Positions 1-9,126 of a stretch of 64,000 nt of DNA are shown here, in pieces (the stretch's first letter is position 1; each line of letters starts with the position of its first letter). Source of the stretch: a bacterium (lineage in GTDB: Bacteria; RBG-13-61-14; DATKZS01); contig CAXXFL010000005.1 of assembly GCA_963674965.2 (NCBI GenBank), forward strand, positions 640,001 to 704,000. The letters are read 5' to 3'. The notes under the pieces are model-generated. The model worked only from the letters and a program-made list of their open reading frames with translations. It searched no databases and was not told the origin of the DNA. The translations under genes were made by a program, and so were the position numbers.

Positions 1-134
1 TCTACGGGGGCACGCGGGACAACCTGCGCTGGGTCTCGAAGGACGTGGTCATAGGCAGGGCCTTCAAGATGGGGGAGGACCCCATGCCCAACTGGTTCGT
101 GCTCTGCCGGGCCCAACCGGCGCCCTCCGAGTAA
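1..134 (+). CDS. 3' end of a hypothetical protein (partial)
   Basis: Open frame YGGTRDNLRWVSKDVVIGRAFKMGEDPMPNWFVLCRAQPAPSE* with GC3-rich codons, ending TAA at 134 and followed by a hairpin. Confidence 0.6.
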   Translation, partial: YGGTRDNLRWVSKDVVIGRAFKMGEDPMPNWFVLCRAQPAPSE

Positions 135-136
135 CA

Positions 137-180
137 AAAGGCGCTCCGCCGCCCGGCTTTCGGGAGGTGGAGCGCCTTGT
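137..180. terminator. Probable bidirectional terminator hairpin between convergent genes
   Basis: Inverted repeat AAGGCGCTCCGCC...GGTGGAGCGCCTT, with an A-run upstream that reads as a U-tract on the minus strand. Confidence 0.7.
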
Positions 181-197
181 CCAATTATTGGCCGCTA

Positions 198-1268
198 TTA
201 AATTCCATCTTTCACGTACGTGGCCACCAGGTCGCCCACCTCGGAGGTGGACATGCCCATCTTGCCCGCGCCCATGTCGGCCAGGTCGTCCTTGATGGAC
301 TTCATGATGGCCCGCTCGACGGCCCGGGCCGCTTCCGCCTCCCCGAGGTGATCGAGCATCATCTGGGCCGCGGCGATGGCGGCCATGGGATTGATCACCC
401 CCTTGCCCGTGTACTTGGGAGCGCTGCCGCCGATGGGCTCGAACATGGACACGCCCTCCGGGTTCAGGTTTCCGCCCGCGGCTATGCCCATGCCTCCCTG
501 GATCATGGCCCCCAGGTCGGTGATGATGTCCCCGAACATGTTGTCCGTCACGATCACGTCGAACCACTCGGGGTTCTTGACCATCCACATGCAGATGGCG
601 TCCACGTGGGCGTAGTCGGTTTTTATGTCGGGATACTCCCTGGCCACCTCGTAGAAGGTCCGCTCCCACAGGTCGAAGCCGTAAGTAAGGACGTTGGTCT
701 TGCCGCAAAGGGTGACCTTTTTCTCCTTGTCCCGCTTCTTGCAGTACTCGAAGGCGTAGCGCACGCAGCGCTCGACGCCCTTCCTGGTGTTGATCGAGGT
801 CTGGATGGCCACCTCGTCGGGGGTCCCCTTTTTGAGGAAACCGCCCGAGCCGGCGTAAAGGCCCTCCGTGTTTTCCCTTACCACCACGAAGTCGATTTCC
901 TCGGGACCCTTGTCCTTGAGCGGAGTATAGACGCCCTCGTAGAGCTTGACCGGCCGCAGGTTTATGTACTGGTCAAGCTCGAAGCGGGTGCGCAAGAGAA
1001 GGCCCTTTTCGAGGACGCCGGGCTTGACGTCGGGATGGCCGATGGCGCCCAGGTAGATGGCCTGGAATTTTCTCAACTCCTCCAGCTCCTCGTCGGGCAG
1101 TATGTCCCCCGTCTTCAGGTACCTTTCGCCGCCAAGGTCGAAATCTTTGAACTCGAACTCGATTTTAAAGCGAGACTTGACGGCCTCGAGGGTCTTGAGT
1201 CCCTGCTCGACCACCTCGGGTCCCGTGCCGTCTCCCGGCATTACCGCTATCTTGTATTTATTTCCCAT
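198..1268 (-). CDS. leuB: 3-isopropylmalate dehydrogenase
   Basis: [36 protein letters not shown] and FEPIGGSAP motifs of the isocitrate/isopropylmalate dehydrogenase family; adjacent to leuD. Confidence 0.9.
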   Translation of the reverse strand: MGNKYKIAVMPGDGTGPEVVEQGLKTLEAVKSRFKIEFEFKDFDLGGERYLKTGDILPDEELEELRKFQAIYLGAIGHPDVKPGVLEKGLLLRTRFELDQYINLRPVKLYEGVYTPLKDKGPEEIDFVVVRENTEGLYAGSGGFLKKGTPDEVAIQTSINTRKGVERCVRYAFEYCKKRDKEKKVTLCGKTNVLTYGFDLWERTFYEVAREYPDIKTDYAHVDAICMWMVKNPEWFDVIVTDNMFGDIITDLGAMIQGGMGIAAGGNLNPEGVSMFEPIGGSAPKYTGKGVINPMAAIAAAQMMLDHLGEAEAARAVERAIMKSIKDDLADMGAGKMGMSTSEVGDLVATYVKDGI

Positions 1269-1340
1269 CCCTCGTTTCGGTCCAATCCTTCGGACCTTCT
1301 CCTTTCCCCGCGTTTATTCAAGGCATGAATCGCGGGCCGA

Positions 1341-2057
1341 TCAATCCTCTTCTTCCTCGTCGTCCTCGTCCTCTTCCCCCGCCTCGAGTTCCTCCTCGGC
1401 GGAGGGAGGGGAGGCGTCATCCTCGTCGTCTCCCCAGGGAGCCGCCACGCTGGGGTCCCGGCTTTCCTTCTCGAGGGCGATCATCCTGGCTCCCGGCTCG
1501 TTTTGCTCCTCTTCCTCCTCGACCTCGGGCTTGGCCTCGCCGGGGGAGGACGAGTCGAAAGTCGCGCCCGAGGCGATCAGCTTCTTGACGTGGTTGATAA
1601 GGCCGCCGGCGGCCACCAGCTCCCGCATGAATTCGGGCAGTGGCTGGGCCGAGTACTCGGCGCCCTTGGTCAGGTCCTTGATGGTCCCGCTCGCGAAGTC
1701 GACCTCGATCTCGTCTCCCGCCTCGATGCCCTCGGAGGCCTCGGCGCTCTCGAGGATGGGAAGACCGATGTTAAAGCTGTTCCTGAAAAAGATGCGGGCG
1801 AAGCTCTTGGCGATGACGCCGGACACGCCCGCCGCCTTGATCGAGATGGGAGCGTGCTCGCGGCTCGATCCGCACCCGAAGTTCGAGCCCGCCACGATAA
1901 AGTCGCCTTTACTTACGCTTTTGGCGAACTGGGGATCGGCGTCCTCCATGCAGTATTCCTTGAGTACCTCGGGGTCGGACGAGGTCAGGCGGCGAGCGGG
2001 AATGATCACGTCCGTGTCGACGTCGTCTCCGAATCTCCAGGCTTTTCCTTTTTCCAT
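1341..2057 (-). CDS. leuD: 3-isopropylmalate dehydratase small subunit with an acidic C-terminal extension
   Basis: GDDVDTDVIIPA, NFGCGSSREHA, SFARIFFRN and GGL motifs; ~75-aa E/D-rich tail. Confidence 0.9.
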   Translation of the reverse strand: MEKGKAWRFGDDVDTDVIIPARRLTSSDPEVLKEYCMEDADPQFAKSVSKGDFIVAGSNFGCGSSREHAPISIKAAGVSGVIAKSFARIFFRNSFNIGLPILESAEASEGIEAGDEIEVDFASGTIKDLTKGAEYSAQPLPEFMRELVAAGGLINHVKKLIASGATFDSSSPGEAKPEVEEEEEQNEPGARMIALEKESRDPSVAAPWGDDEDDASPPSAEEELEAGEEDEDDEEEED

Positions 2058-2160
2058 TTTTTTCTCCCTTTCCCGGGGGAGCCATAAGCCGGCTCCCGGC
2101 CGGGCGGTTCGATTTACTTCTTTACTTTAAACGTCGTTCATAGCCATTTCGCCTTAGGGG

Positions 2161-5016
2161 TCAGGCGGATTTTCCCAGTACCTCGGCGCAGCGGGGGCAA
2201 ATCTCGGATTTTCCTTCCCCCACCTCCTCGGAGTAAAACCAGCAGCGCGGGCACTTCTCGCCGGGGGCCTTCTCGAGTTTTATCTTGAGTCCCTCGATCT
2301 CCGCGCTTTCCACCGCCTCTCCCTCGAGGTCGTCCACCAGCGCGAGGCTCGAGACGCGAAAGAGCCTGGCCAGCGTCTCGCCGCCGCCCAGTCCGTTCTC
2401 GATCGAGCGAAGGAACTCCATGTCCTGGCCGGACGCGCTTATATAGGCGCGGGCGTCGTTGGGATGGCCCACCAGCTTGCTCTTCTGGGCCAGGTCCACC
2501 ACCTTGTTGACCTCCTCCTGGAAGGCCAGCGCCCTGGCGACTTTGTTTTCCAGCTCCTGGTCGAGAAGGGAGTCGTCAAGCTCGGGGAAATTAAGACAAT
2601 GCACGCTTTTCATCGACTCGTCCTTGCCCGGCGTGAAATCCCTTACCTCCTCCGCCGTGTAGGCCAGGACCGGGGCCATGAGACGGGTGATCGAGTCCAG
2701 GGCCATGTAGATGGCGGTCTGGGCGCTCCTTCTCGGTTTCCCGTCCGGCGTCTCGCAGTATAGCCTGTCCCGGACCAGATCGAAATAAAGGGCCGAAAGG
2801 TCCACGGTGCAAAGCTGGTTAAGGCCGTGATAGATGTGATGGAACTCCCATTTCTCGTAGGCCTTGAGAGCTTTCCTTTTAAAGCGCTCGACCCTCGAGA
2901 GCATCCAGCGGTCGAGGGGCAAAAGCTCGGATACCTCTATCGAGTCGGAGGCGGGATCGAAATCCTTCAAGTTGCCCAGCATGTAGCGCAGGGTGTTGCG
3001 GACCTTCCTGTACGTCTGGCTGATGCCGCGAAGAATCTCGGGCGAGACCTTGACGTCGTTCCGGAAATTCTCCGAGGCCACCCACATCCTCAGCACCTCG
3101 GCGCCGAAGTCCTTGATCAGCACGTCCATGGGTATGTAGTTGCCCGAGGACTTCGAGTATTTCTTGCCCTCCGCGTCCACGGTGTAGCCGTGGGTAAGGA
3201 CTATTTTATAGGGCGCGTGTCCCCTTGTTCCCACCGCGCAAAGCAGGCTCGAGTGGAACCAGCCCCGGTGCTGGTCGGACCCCTCCAGGTACATGTCGCA
3301 GGGGCTGCCCAGGTAGTCCCTTTCCTCGCACACGCAGGCGAAGCTGACGCCAGAGTCGAACCAGACGTCCAGGATGGCGTTGTCCTTGTTGAAGTCCCGG
3401 CCGCCGCACTTCTTGCACCGGGTCCCGGCCGGAAGCAGCTCGGATGGACCCATGGTATACCAGGCGTCGGCCCCGCGTTCCTCGAAGATATCGGCCACGT
3501 GGAAGATCACCTCGGACTCGATAAGGACCTCGCCGCAGCCCTCGCAATGGAAGGCCACGATGGGAACGCCCCATACCCGCTGCCTGGAGATGCACCAGTC
3601 CGGCCGGTTCTCGATCATGCCGTAAATGCGCTCCTCGCCCCAGGGCGGGTCCCACTGGCATTTCCGTATCTCGGCCAGGGCCTTGTCGCGAAGGCCATCG
3701 TGCTCCATGCCGATGAACCACTGGGGCGTGGCGCGGGAGAGGACCGGCTCCTTGCCCGTCGACCCGTCCGGCCTTTTATGGGGACGCCAGCAGTTGGGGT
3801 ACTCGTGCTGGTAATTCTCCTTGTGCATGAGATGGTCCATCTCATCGAGCTTGGCGATCACGTTTTTATTGGCGTCGAACACGAACTGGCCGGCGAAGAA
3901 CTCGACGTCGTCCGTGAACTTTCCCTCCTCGTCCACGGGAGAGTAAATGGGAATGTTGTAACGAACTCCCGTTTCATAGTCGTCGCGGCCGTGTCCCGGG
4001 GCCGTGTGCACGCAGCCGGTCCCGGCCTCGAGGGTCACGTAGTCGGCCGTCACCAAAAGGGAGTCGCGGCCGTAGAGCGGGTGGAGCGCGACCAGTCCCT
4101 CGAACTCCGAGCCTTTAAAGCGGCCCACTATCTCGCGTCCCTCCATCCCCGCGGCCTCGAACACCGAGTTGGCCAGGCCCTCGGCGATAACGTAAACCTC
4201 GCCTTTCCAGGCGGCCAGCACGTAGTCGAAATCCGGGTGCAGGGCGATGGCCATGTTGCCGGGTATGGTCCAGGGCGTGGTGGTCCAGATGATGAAGTAG
4301 AGCTTGCCCTTTTCCCGGACGATCTTCTTCAGGGCGTCCTTGATTTTGCCGTCCCCGCCTTTGTCCGGGTCCCAGGGAAAGCGGACGTAAATCGAGGGCG
4401 ACGAATGCACGTCGTACTCGAGCTCGGCCTCGGCCAGGGCCGTCTTGTGGTAAGGACACCACCACACGGGCTTGTCCGCCCTGTACACGGACCCCGCCTT
4501 CACGAACTTGCCCAGCTCGCGGGCGATGTTGGCCTCGTAGCGGTAGGTCATGGTCACGTAAGGGTTCTCCCATTCTCCCAGGACCAGCATGCGCTTGAAC
4601 TCGTCGCGCTGGATATCGATGAACTTCTCCGCGTACCGGCGGCAAAGGCGCCTTTTCTCCGCCGAGTCGACCTCGTCCTTTTTCGCCCCCAACTCGACGT
4701 CCACCTGGTGCTCGATGGGAAGGCCGTGGCAGTCCCATCCCGGCACGTAGGGCGAGAGGCGCCCGGCCATGGACTTGCTTTTTACTATCATGTCCTTGAT
4801 GATCTTGTTCATGGCCGTGCCCAGGTGGATGTTGCCGTTGGCGTAAGGAGGGCCGTCATGCAAAACGAATTTCGGGTCCTTGGCGTGGACCTTTAAAATT
4901 TCCTCGTATACCTTGTCTTTTTCCCACCGCTCGACCATTTTAGGTTCGTTTTCACTGAGCTTGGCCTTCATGGCGAAGCTCGTTCCCGGCAGGTTTAACG
5001 TGTCTTTATAGTCCAT
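2161..5016 (-). CDS. ileS: Isoleucine--tRNA ligase
   Basis: HDGPPYANG, HLGT (HIGH), GWDCHGLP, DWCISRQR, LEGSDQHRGWF, KYSKS (KMSKS) and a C-terminal Zn finger; start chosen at MDYKDTL after AAAGGTGA. Confidence 0.97.
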   Translation of the reverse strand: MDYKDTLNLPGTSFAMKAKLSENEPKMVERWEKDKVYEEILKVHAKDPKFVLHDGPPYANGNIHLGTAMNKIIKDMIVKSKSMAGRLSPYVPGWDCHGLPIEHQVDVELGAKKDEVDSAEKRRLCRRYAEKFIDIQRDEFKRMLVLGEWENPYVTMTYRYEANIARELGKFVKAGSVYRADKPVWWCPYHKTALAEAELEYDVHSSPSIYVRFPWDPDKGGDGKIKDALKKIVREKGKLYFIIWTTTPWTIPGNMAIALHPDFDYVLAAWKGEVYVIAEGLANSVFEAAGMEGREIVGRFKGSEFEGLVALHPLYGRDSLLVTADYVTLEAGTGCVHTAPGHGRDDYETGVRYNIPIYSPVDEEGKFTDDVEFFAGQFVFDANKNVIAKLDEMDHLMHKENYQHEYPNCWRPHKRPDGSTGKEPVLSRATPQWFIGMEHDGLRDKALAEIRKCQWDPPWGEERIYGMIENRPDWCISRQRVWGVPIVAFHCEGCGEVLIESEVIFHVADIFEERGADAWYTMGPSELLPAGTRCKKCGGRDFNKDNAILDVWFDSGVSFACVCEERDYLGSPCDMYLEGSDQHRGWFHSSLLCAVGTRGHAPYKIVLTHGYTVDAEGKKYSKSSGNYIPMDVLIKDFGAEVLRMWVASENFRNDVKVSPEILRGISQTYRKVRNTLRYMLGNLKDFDPASDSIEVSELLPLDRWMLSRVERFKRKALKAYEKWEFHHIYHGLNQLCTVDLSALYFDLVRDRLYCETPDGKPRRSAQTAIYMALDSITRLMAPVLAYTAEEVRDFTPGKDESMKSVHCLNFPELDDSLLDQELENKVARALAFQEEVNKVVDLAQKSKLVGHPNDARAYISASGQDMEFLRSIENGLGGGETLARLFRVSSLALVDDLEGEAVESAEIEGLKIKLEKAPGEKCPRCWFYSEEVGEGKSEICPRCAEVLGKSA

Positions 5017-5096
5017 TTTTTCACCTTTATTCATATATCCAATTAGCTTTGTATGTGGTAGCCGCTAAGGGAAACGGCGGTCGGGGCGCGGCCCCC

Positions 5097-5189
5097 CTAC
5101 CGCCCCGTCAAGGTAAGAAGGAGCGCGTCAATGACGCGCGGACGGAACTTGCCGTCCGCGTAAGACCTCACCATCCGGTAATGGTTCAT
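5097..5189 (-). CDS. Putative leader peptide MNHYRMVRSYADGKFRPRVIDALLLTLTGR (30 aa)
   Basis: ATG 8 nt below a -10 box; Val-Ile-Asp-Ala-Leu-Leu-Leu-Thr-Leu codons near the stop; stop lies inside a GC hairpin; upstream of ileS-leuD-leuB. Confidence 0.55.
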   Translation of the reverse strand: MNHYRMVRSYADGKFRPRVIDALLLTLTGR

Positions 5190-5197
5190 GGCCAAAT

Positions 5198-5226
5198 ATT
5201 TTAACTACAAGAGGGGGTTATGTCAA
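5198..5226 (-). promoter_or_regulatory. sigma70-type promoter for the leader and ileS
   Basis: TTGACA-17 nt-TAAAAT on the minus strand. Confidence 0.75.
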
Positions 5227-5507
5227 TCGGCAAAATGACCCGGCAAAGGGAAAGGAAAGGAAGCCTCAAATAACCCCCTGAAAATCGGAAACTTTATCAT
5301 TCCTCTAACGAAAGCCTAATAGGCGTATGGCCCTCGCGGGACCGGCGTTTCGCGTCGATCGATCATGACGGCCGGTTATTGGCGGCTTTTCCGGACCAGG
5401 AGACCGTCTTTTTCCGACCACTTGCCAAAGACGTCGCTTCATGTTTATATTTAGGGGCCTTGGCCTGGACCTAATCCCGGCCCTTCTAACCTTTCGGTAA
5501 CAAGGAG

Positions 5508-8093
5508 TTGACAGTGCGTATAAAGGACGTCTTAACTCACGGGAATCTCTTCACGATCACGGTCCTTTTTATTGCCTTTCTTTCGGCGGCGCCTCTTAAG
5601 GCGACTGAGCCGCGCCGGATTGACCCGGTCATCGTCAAGGGAGACAGACTGGAAAATCTGGCGGGGGTCTTGCCGGAGAGAATTTCCGTTTATTCCTTTC
5701 GGTCGGGCCGGTGGGAGGCCATCCCCTTCCAGATAGACGAGAGGATGGAGGTCCAGGCGTACAATACCTGGACCACGCGCCGGACCATTTTGACTTACGC
5801 CATGGACTCGGGGCCCAAGGCCGCGTCCGACCCCGATCCTTCTTTCGACCTCAACGACGAGCTGACCTTTATGGCTTCCGGGGCGGGTGACAGGAGCGGC
5901 GGTTTTCCGCCCGGGGCCTCCACCTGCGAGGAGATCGAGCTAAAGGAGCCGGATTCGGACGCCCGCTCCTACGTCTACGCCTGCCAGGGAAGCCAGGCCG
6001 TTAAATCGGACCTTGCCTACGTCACGGTCAACGGTCCCAACGAGATCGAGGGCTCGGGCTACGTGGTGAGTTTTCCCGACGGAAACCCGGTCAACTTCAA
6101 CGGCTTCCAGATAAGAGACGAGTCCGGGCTTTTGCCGGACCCAATCGACCGCTTCAAAATGGGAGTCAAGGTGAGTCTGTTATGGGGAGTGGCGGGTTAT
6201 CCTTTGTCCGACGCCGACTTTACCCATTACCTTCGCGGCACGCGGGCCGGTCCCATCCGGGTGATTCGAGAGTTCGAGTCGGTGCTCGAGACCTTTGCGG
6301 GAGCGCAGATACGGACCTATAACCACGTTTACTTCTACCCGAGCCATATCGAGTACGAGATGGATTTCAGGGGAGCGGCCAACTGGGGCAAATCGATCAA
6401 CCGCAGCGACCTGGTCCTGGCCCTCGACCTGGACGAGAACGGACGGGGCATGAGGTTCTATTCCCAGAACAACTCGAGGGGAGAACTGGTTGACGGCCGT
6501 ACCAACCCCTCCGAGCTTTACATGGATTACGGTCCCACCGAATGGGCGGCCGTTGCGGGGGAAGCGGGCAACATCGTGGTCCACCTTGGCCTGGACTCCC
6601 GGACCGACCTTTACAAGGACCTATACTACGCGGACAACGACGACAAGGGGGACCCGCCAGAGGAGGACCCCGGCATGGTGGGCAAGTTCGGATACATCGT
6701 CCGGAACATGCAAAAAGCCGGCTTCGATCAATTCCCAGTCAGGTTCGCGGTTTACGGGGAGGCGGGACAATTCTCCGAGCAATCGGTCCGTCCCCTGGTC
6801 CAGATGTACGACTCTCCCCTCGAGGTCTCGGTCAACCGCCACGAGTTTCCCGCCGTCAGGCCCAGCGCCGCGGCCGTCCCGGACGACAGGAAGGAAAGGC
6901 CTCAGTCGACCTTTGCCGAGCAGCGCTCGAGCTTCGAGTTCACCAGGTTTCTCTCCCCCGGCTTCATCATGGACCCCAACCTTTTGGGGACCGGTCCCGG
7001 CGTCAGTTACGTGGACGTTGACTTCCTGAAAACGGGCTCGTCCATGGGCTTCTTCGGCGCCTTTACCGACCGGGGCTACCAGGAGTACGATTTCTGGATG
7101 AGCGAGCTTAGGTTCATCGAGGGGGTGGACGCCTTTAAAATCGACGGCTATTACAATTCCTTTCCCGCTTCTCCCTTTTACGGCATCGGCAACGACACCT
7201 CGATGAATCATAAGACCTATTACTGGATCATCCAGGAAGGAGCGGCGTTTACCTTTGTCAATTATTTCGGTCGGATTTACGGGGCCGATATCCAGGTTGG
7301 CTATCGCCGCGTTTATATCGAGCCCGGCATCGAGCCCATGGGGGAGGACGTTCCCTCCTTCGAGGAGAAGTTCGGCCAGGACGACGAAATCGAGGGTTTC
7401 CGCTGGGGCCCCCCGGTTTACGGCCGGAAGGGCGGGTATCACAACGGGGTCGAGGTGTCGCTCTACCGTGACATGAGAAGCGCCCGGTATCTGCCCAAGT
7501 TCGGCAACTACCAGGAGTTCACCGTCGAGGCCGTGACCTCGGCCATGGGATCCGACTACGACTACGCCCGGGCCACTCTCGACCTTCGAGGATACTGGCA
7601 CCCCGATTTCCTCAACCCCATGCCCCTCCTGGACGACGTGGTGGGAGACCGGCGCACCTTCGGCCGCAAGTTTTTCGGACCCAACATGGACAGGACCCTG
7701 GCGGGAAGGATACTGCTCACCAGGCTCATCGCCGACGAGATATTCTACGAGGGAGAAAAGATACTGGACGTGCCCTTTTACGAGCTGACTTACATGGGCG
7801 ACGACGAGAACAACCGGGGATATTCGTCCCGGCGCTTCAGGGACAACGACATGGCAATGGTCAGCCTCGAATACAGGTGGAGGTTCTGGCGCTTCCAGGA
7901 CGCGGCACTGTTCTGGGACTGCGGAATGGTCATGAACGACATGTTCATGGCCGACAACTGGGAAAACGAGCTCCACCACGGATACGGCGCGAGTTGGAGG
8001 ATACACGTGCCTCCCCAGATAATCGTTACCCTCGAGCTTGGTTTCAGCGACGAGAACTCGGGCCTCATGTACCAGGCCAACGTGGCTTTCTAG
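5508..8093 (+). CDS. Outer-membrane protein with an unknown N-terminal domain and a C-terminal Omp85 (BamA/TamA-like) beta-barrel
   Basis: Signal peptide; C-terminal half has amphipathic strands, an RGY(SSRRFRD) motif, SLEYRW and a terminal Phe (ANVAF). Confidence 0.65.
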   Translation: MTVRIKDVLTHGNLFTITVLFIAFLSAAPLKATEPRRIDPVIVKGDRLENLAGVLPERISVYSFRSGRWEAIPFQIDERMEVQAYNTWTTRRTILTYAMDSGPKAASDPDPSFDLNDELTFMASGAGDRSGGFPPGASTCEEIELKEPDSDARSYVYACQGSQAVKSDLAYVTVNGPNEIEGSGYVVSFPDGNPVNFNGFQIRDESGLLPDPIDRFKMGVKVSLLWGVAGYPLSDADFTHYLRGTRAGPIRVIREFESVLETFAGAQIRTYNHVYFYPSHIEYEMDFRGAANWGKSINRSDLVLALDLDENGRGMRFYSQNNSRGELVDGRTNPSELYMDYGPTEWAAVAGEAGNIVVHLGLDSRTDLYKDLYYADNDDKGDPPEEDPGMVGKFGYIVRNMQKAGFDQFPVRFAVYGEAGQFSEQSVRPLVQMYDSPLEVSVNRHEFPAVRPSAAAVPDDRKERPQSTFAEQRSSFEFTRFLSPGFIMDPNLLGTGPGVSYVDVDFLKTGSSMGFFGAFTDRGYQEYDFWMSELRFIEGVDAFKIDGYYNSFPASPFYGIGNDTSMNHKTYYWIIQEGAAFTFVNYFGRIYGADIQVGYRRVYIEPGIEPMGEDVPSFEEKFGQDDEIEGFRWGPPVYGRKGGYHNGVEVSLYRDMRSARYLPKFGNYQEFTVEAVTSAMGSDYDYARATLDLRGYWHPDFLNPMPLLDDVVGDRRTFGRKFFGPNMDRTLAGRILLTRLIADEIFYEGEKILDVPFYELTYMGDDENNRGYSSRRFRDNDMAMVSLEYRWRFWRFQDAALFWDCGMVMNDMFMADNWENELHHGYGASWRIHVPPQIIVTLELGFSDENSGLMYQANVAF

Positions 8094-8102
8094 GAGGAAA
8101 CA

Positions 8103-8462
8103 ATGCCCCGAGCGCAGCTTTTGGAGAGTTGGGTAACCGGCGTTCCGGCCGACCAGATATGGCCCCGGCTCGAGACTTTTTTCGCGGTCCATAACATAAA
8201 GAAGGTCGACTCCGGAGAGGGCTACATGCTGGGCGTGCAGGGCTCGCAATTGAAGTTCCGGATGCTCGGCGCCTGGCTGGCCAAGCCCGCGGACTTTCCC
8301 AAGAAAATGTCGGTGGCCTTCGAGAGGACCGAGACGGGTCTCATGGTCCACGCCAACATCGAGGAGGACATGGGACCGGGCGTCATGGTCGAGAAGACCA
8401 AGACCATATATATGCGCTATTTCCAGGACTGGATGAACGCGCTCAAGGCCACGCTGCCCTGA
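8103..8462 (+). CDS. Hypothetical protein
   Basis: AGGAGG RBS, native codon usage, directly after the previous gene. Confidence 0.7.
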   Translation: MPRAQLLESWVTGVPADQIWPRLETFFAVHNIKKVDSGEGYMLGVQGSQLKFRMLGAWLAKPADFPKKMSVAFERTETGLMVHANIEEDMGPGVMVEKTKTIYMRYFQDWMNALKATLP

Positions 8463-8466
8463 TATT

Positions 8467-8970
8467 TCAAGCTTTTTGGATGGTTGCCTCGACCCCGCCT
8501 TTATCGTTTACCTTAATTTCGGCGTAAGTCTTTCTTGTGGCCACCTTGCCCAAGGAGCCGGGATTGACTATTAAGATCCCCGCCAGATGGAGGATAAGAG
8601 GTTCGCGCGTATGGCCGAACAAGGCCACGGCCGCCCCCGCCTCATTTGCCAGCCGAGCCAGTTCACCCAGCTTTTCATCTCGCTTCTCCTCCGAGTCGGA
8701 ATTTTCAAGGCCCAGTTCGTGGCCGTGAACGGCGTAGAACTTTACCCCGCCGGACTCGAAGATAAGCTCGTCGCGAAGGTCAGGGCAACCGGGGAACTCG
8801 TCGTTACCGCGAAGGCCCACCACGTCCACGCCGTGCTCGGCAGCCAGGGCCACGGCGTCGAGAAGACTGTCGCCCAGATGAATGACGTGGTCCCATGGGC
8901 CGCGCTCGCGAATAACGGAGGCCGCCATGCCGGATTCTCCCCCCGTGTCGGACATGACAAGTAAACGCAT
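8467..8970 (-). CDS. YfcE/MJ0936-type metallophosphoesterase with degenerate motifs
   Basis: SDTGG, HLGD, GNDE, HGH, FGHTR and NPGS motifs. Confidence 0.8.
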   Translation of the reverse strand: MRLLVMSDTGGESGMAASVIRERGPWDHVIHLGDSLLDAVALAAEHGVDVVGLRGNDEFPGCPDLRDELIFESGGVKFYAVHGHELGLENSDSEEKRDEKLGELARLANEAGAAVALFGHTREPLILHLAGILIVNPGSLGKVATRKTYAEIKVNDKGGVEATIQKA

Positions 8971-9111
8971 CGATCGTTAAAGAATATCACGGACCTTAAA
9001 AAGCGCCAACCAACGGGTCATGGCTAATACTTAAATCTCAATATTTTCAGGCCATGAACCTGGACCGCGTTGGTCCACTCGTGGGGCATTGCCGGGCAAT
9101 AAAAGTCTTCG

Positions 9112-9126
9112 TGGCACAGGCTTTGC
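9112..9126 (+). promoter_or_regulatory. sigma54 (-24/-12) promoter upstream of the che cluster
   Basis: TGGCAC-AGGCT-TTGC, a perfect consensus match. Confidence 0.75.

Noticed and set aside
177-4896. Long plus-strand ORFs (177-1328, 1057-2130, 2827-4896)
   Set aside because: Antisense shadows of leuB, leuD and ileS produced by high GC3; no recognisable motifs.
5040-5200. T-box riboswitch upstream of ileS
   Set aside because: No T-box antiterminator consensus (UGGNACC) or stem I AG/GNUG features visible; a leader peptide fits better.
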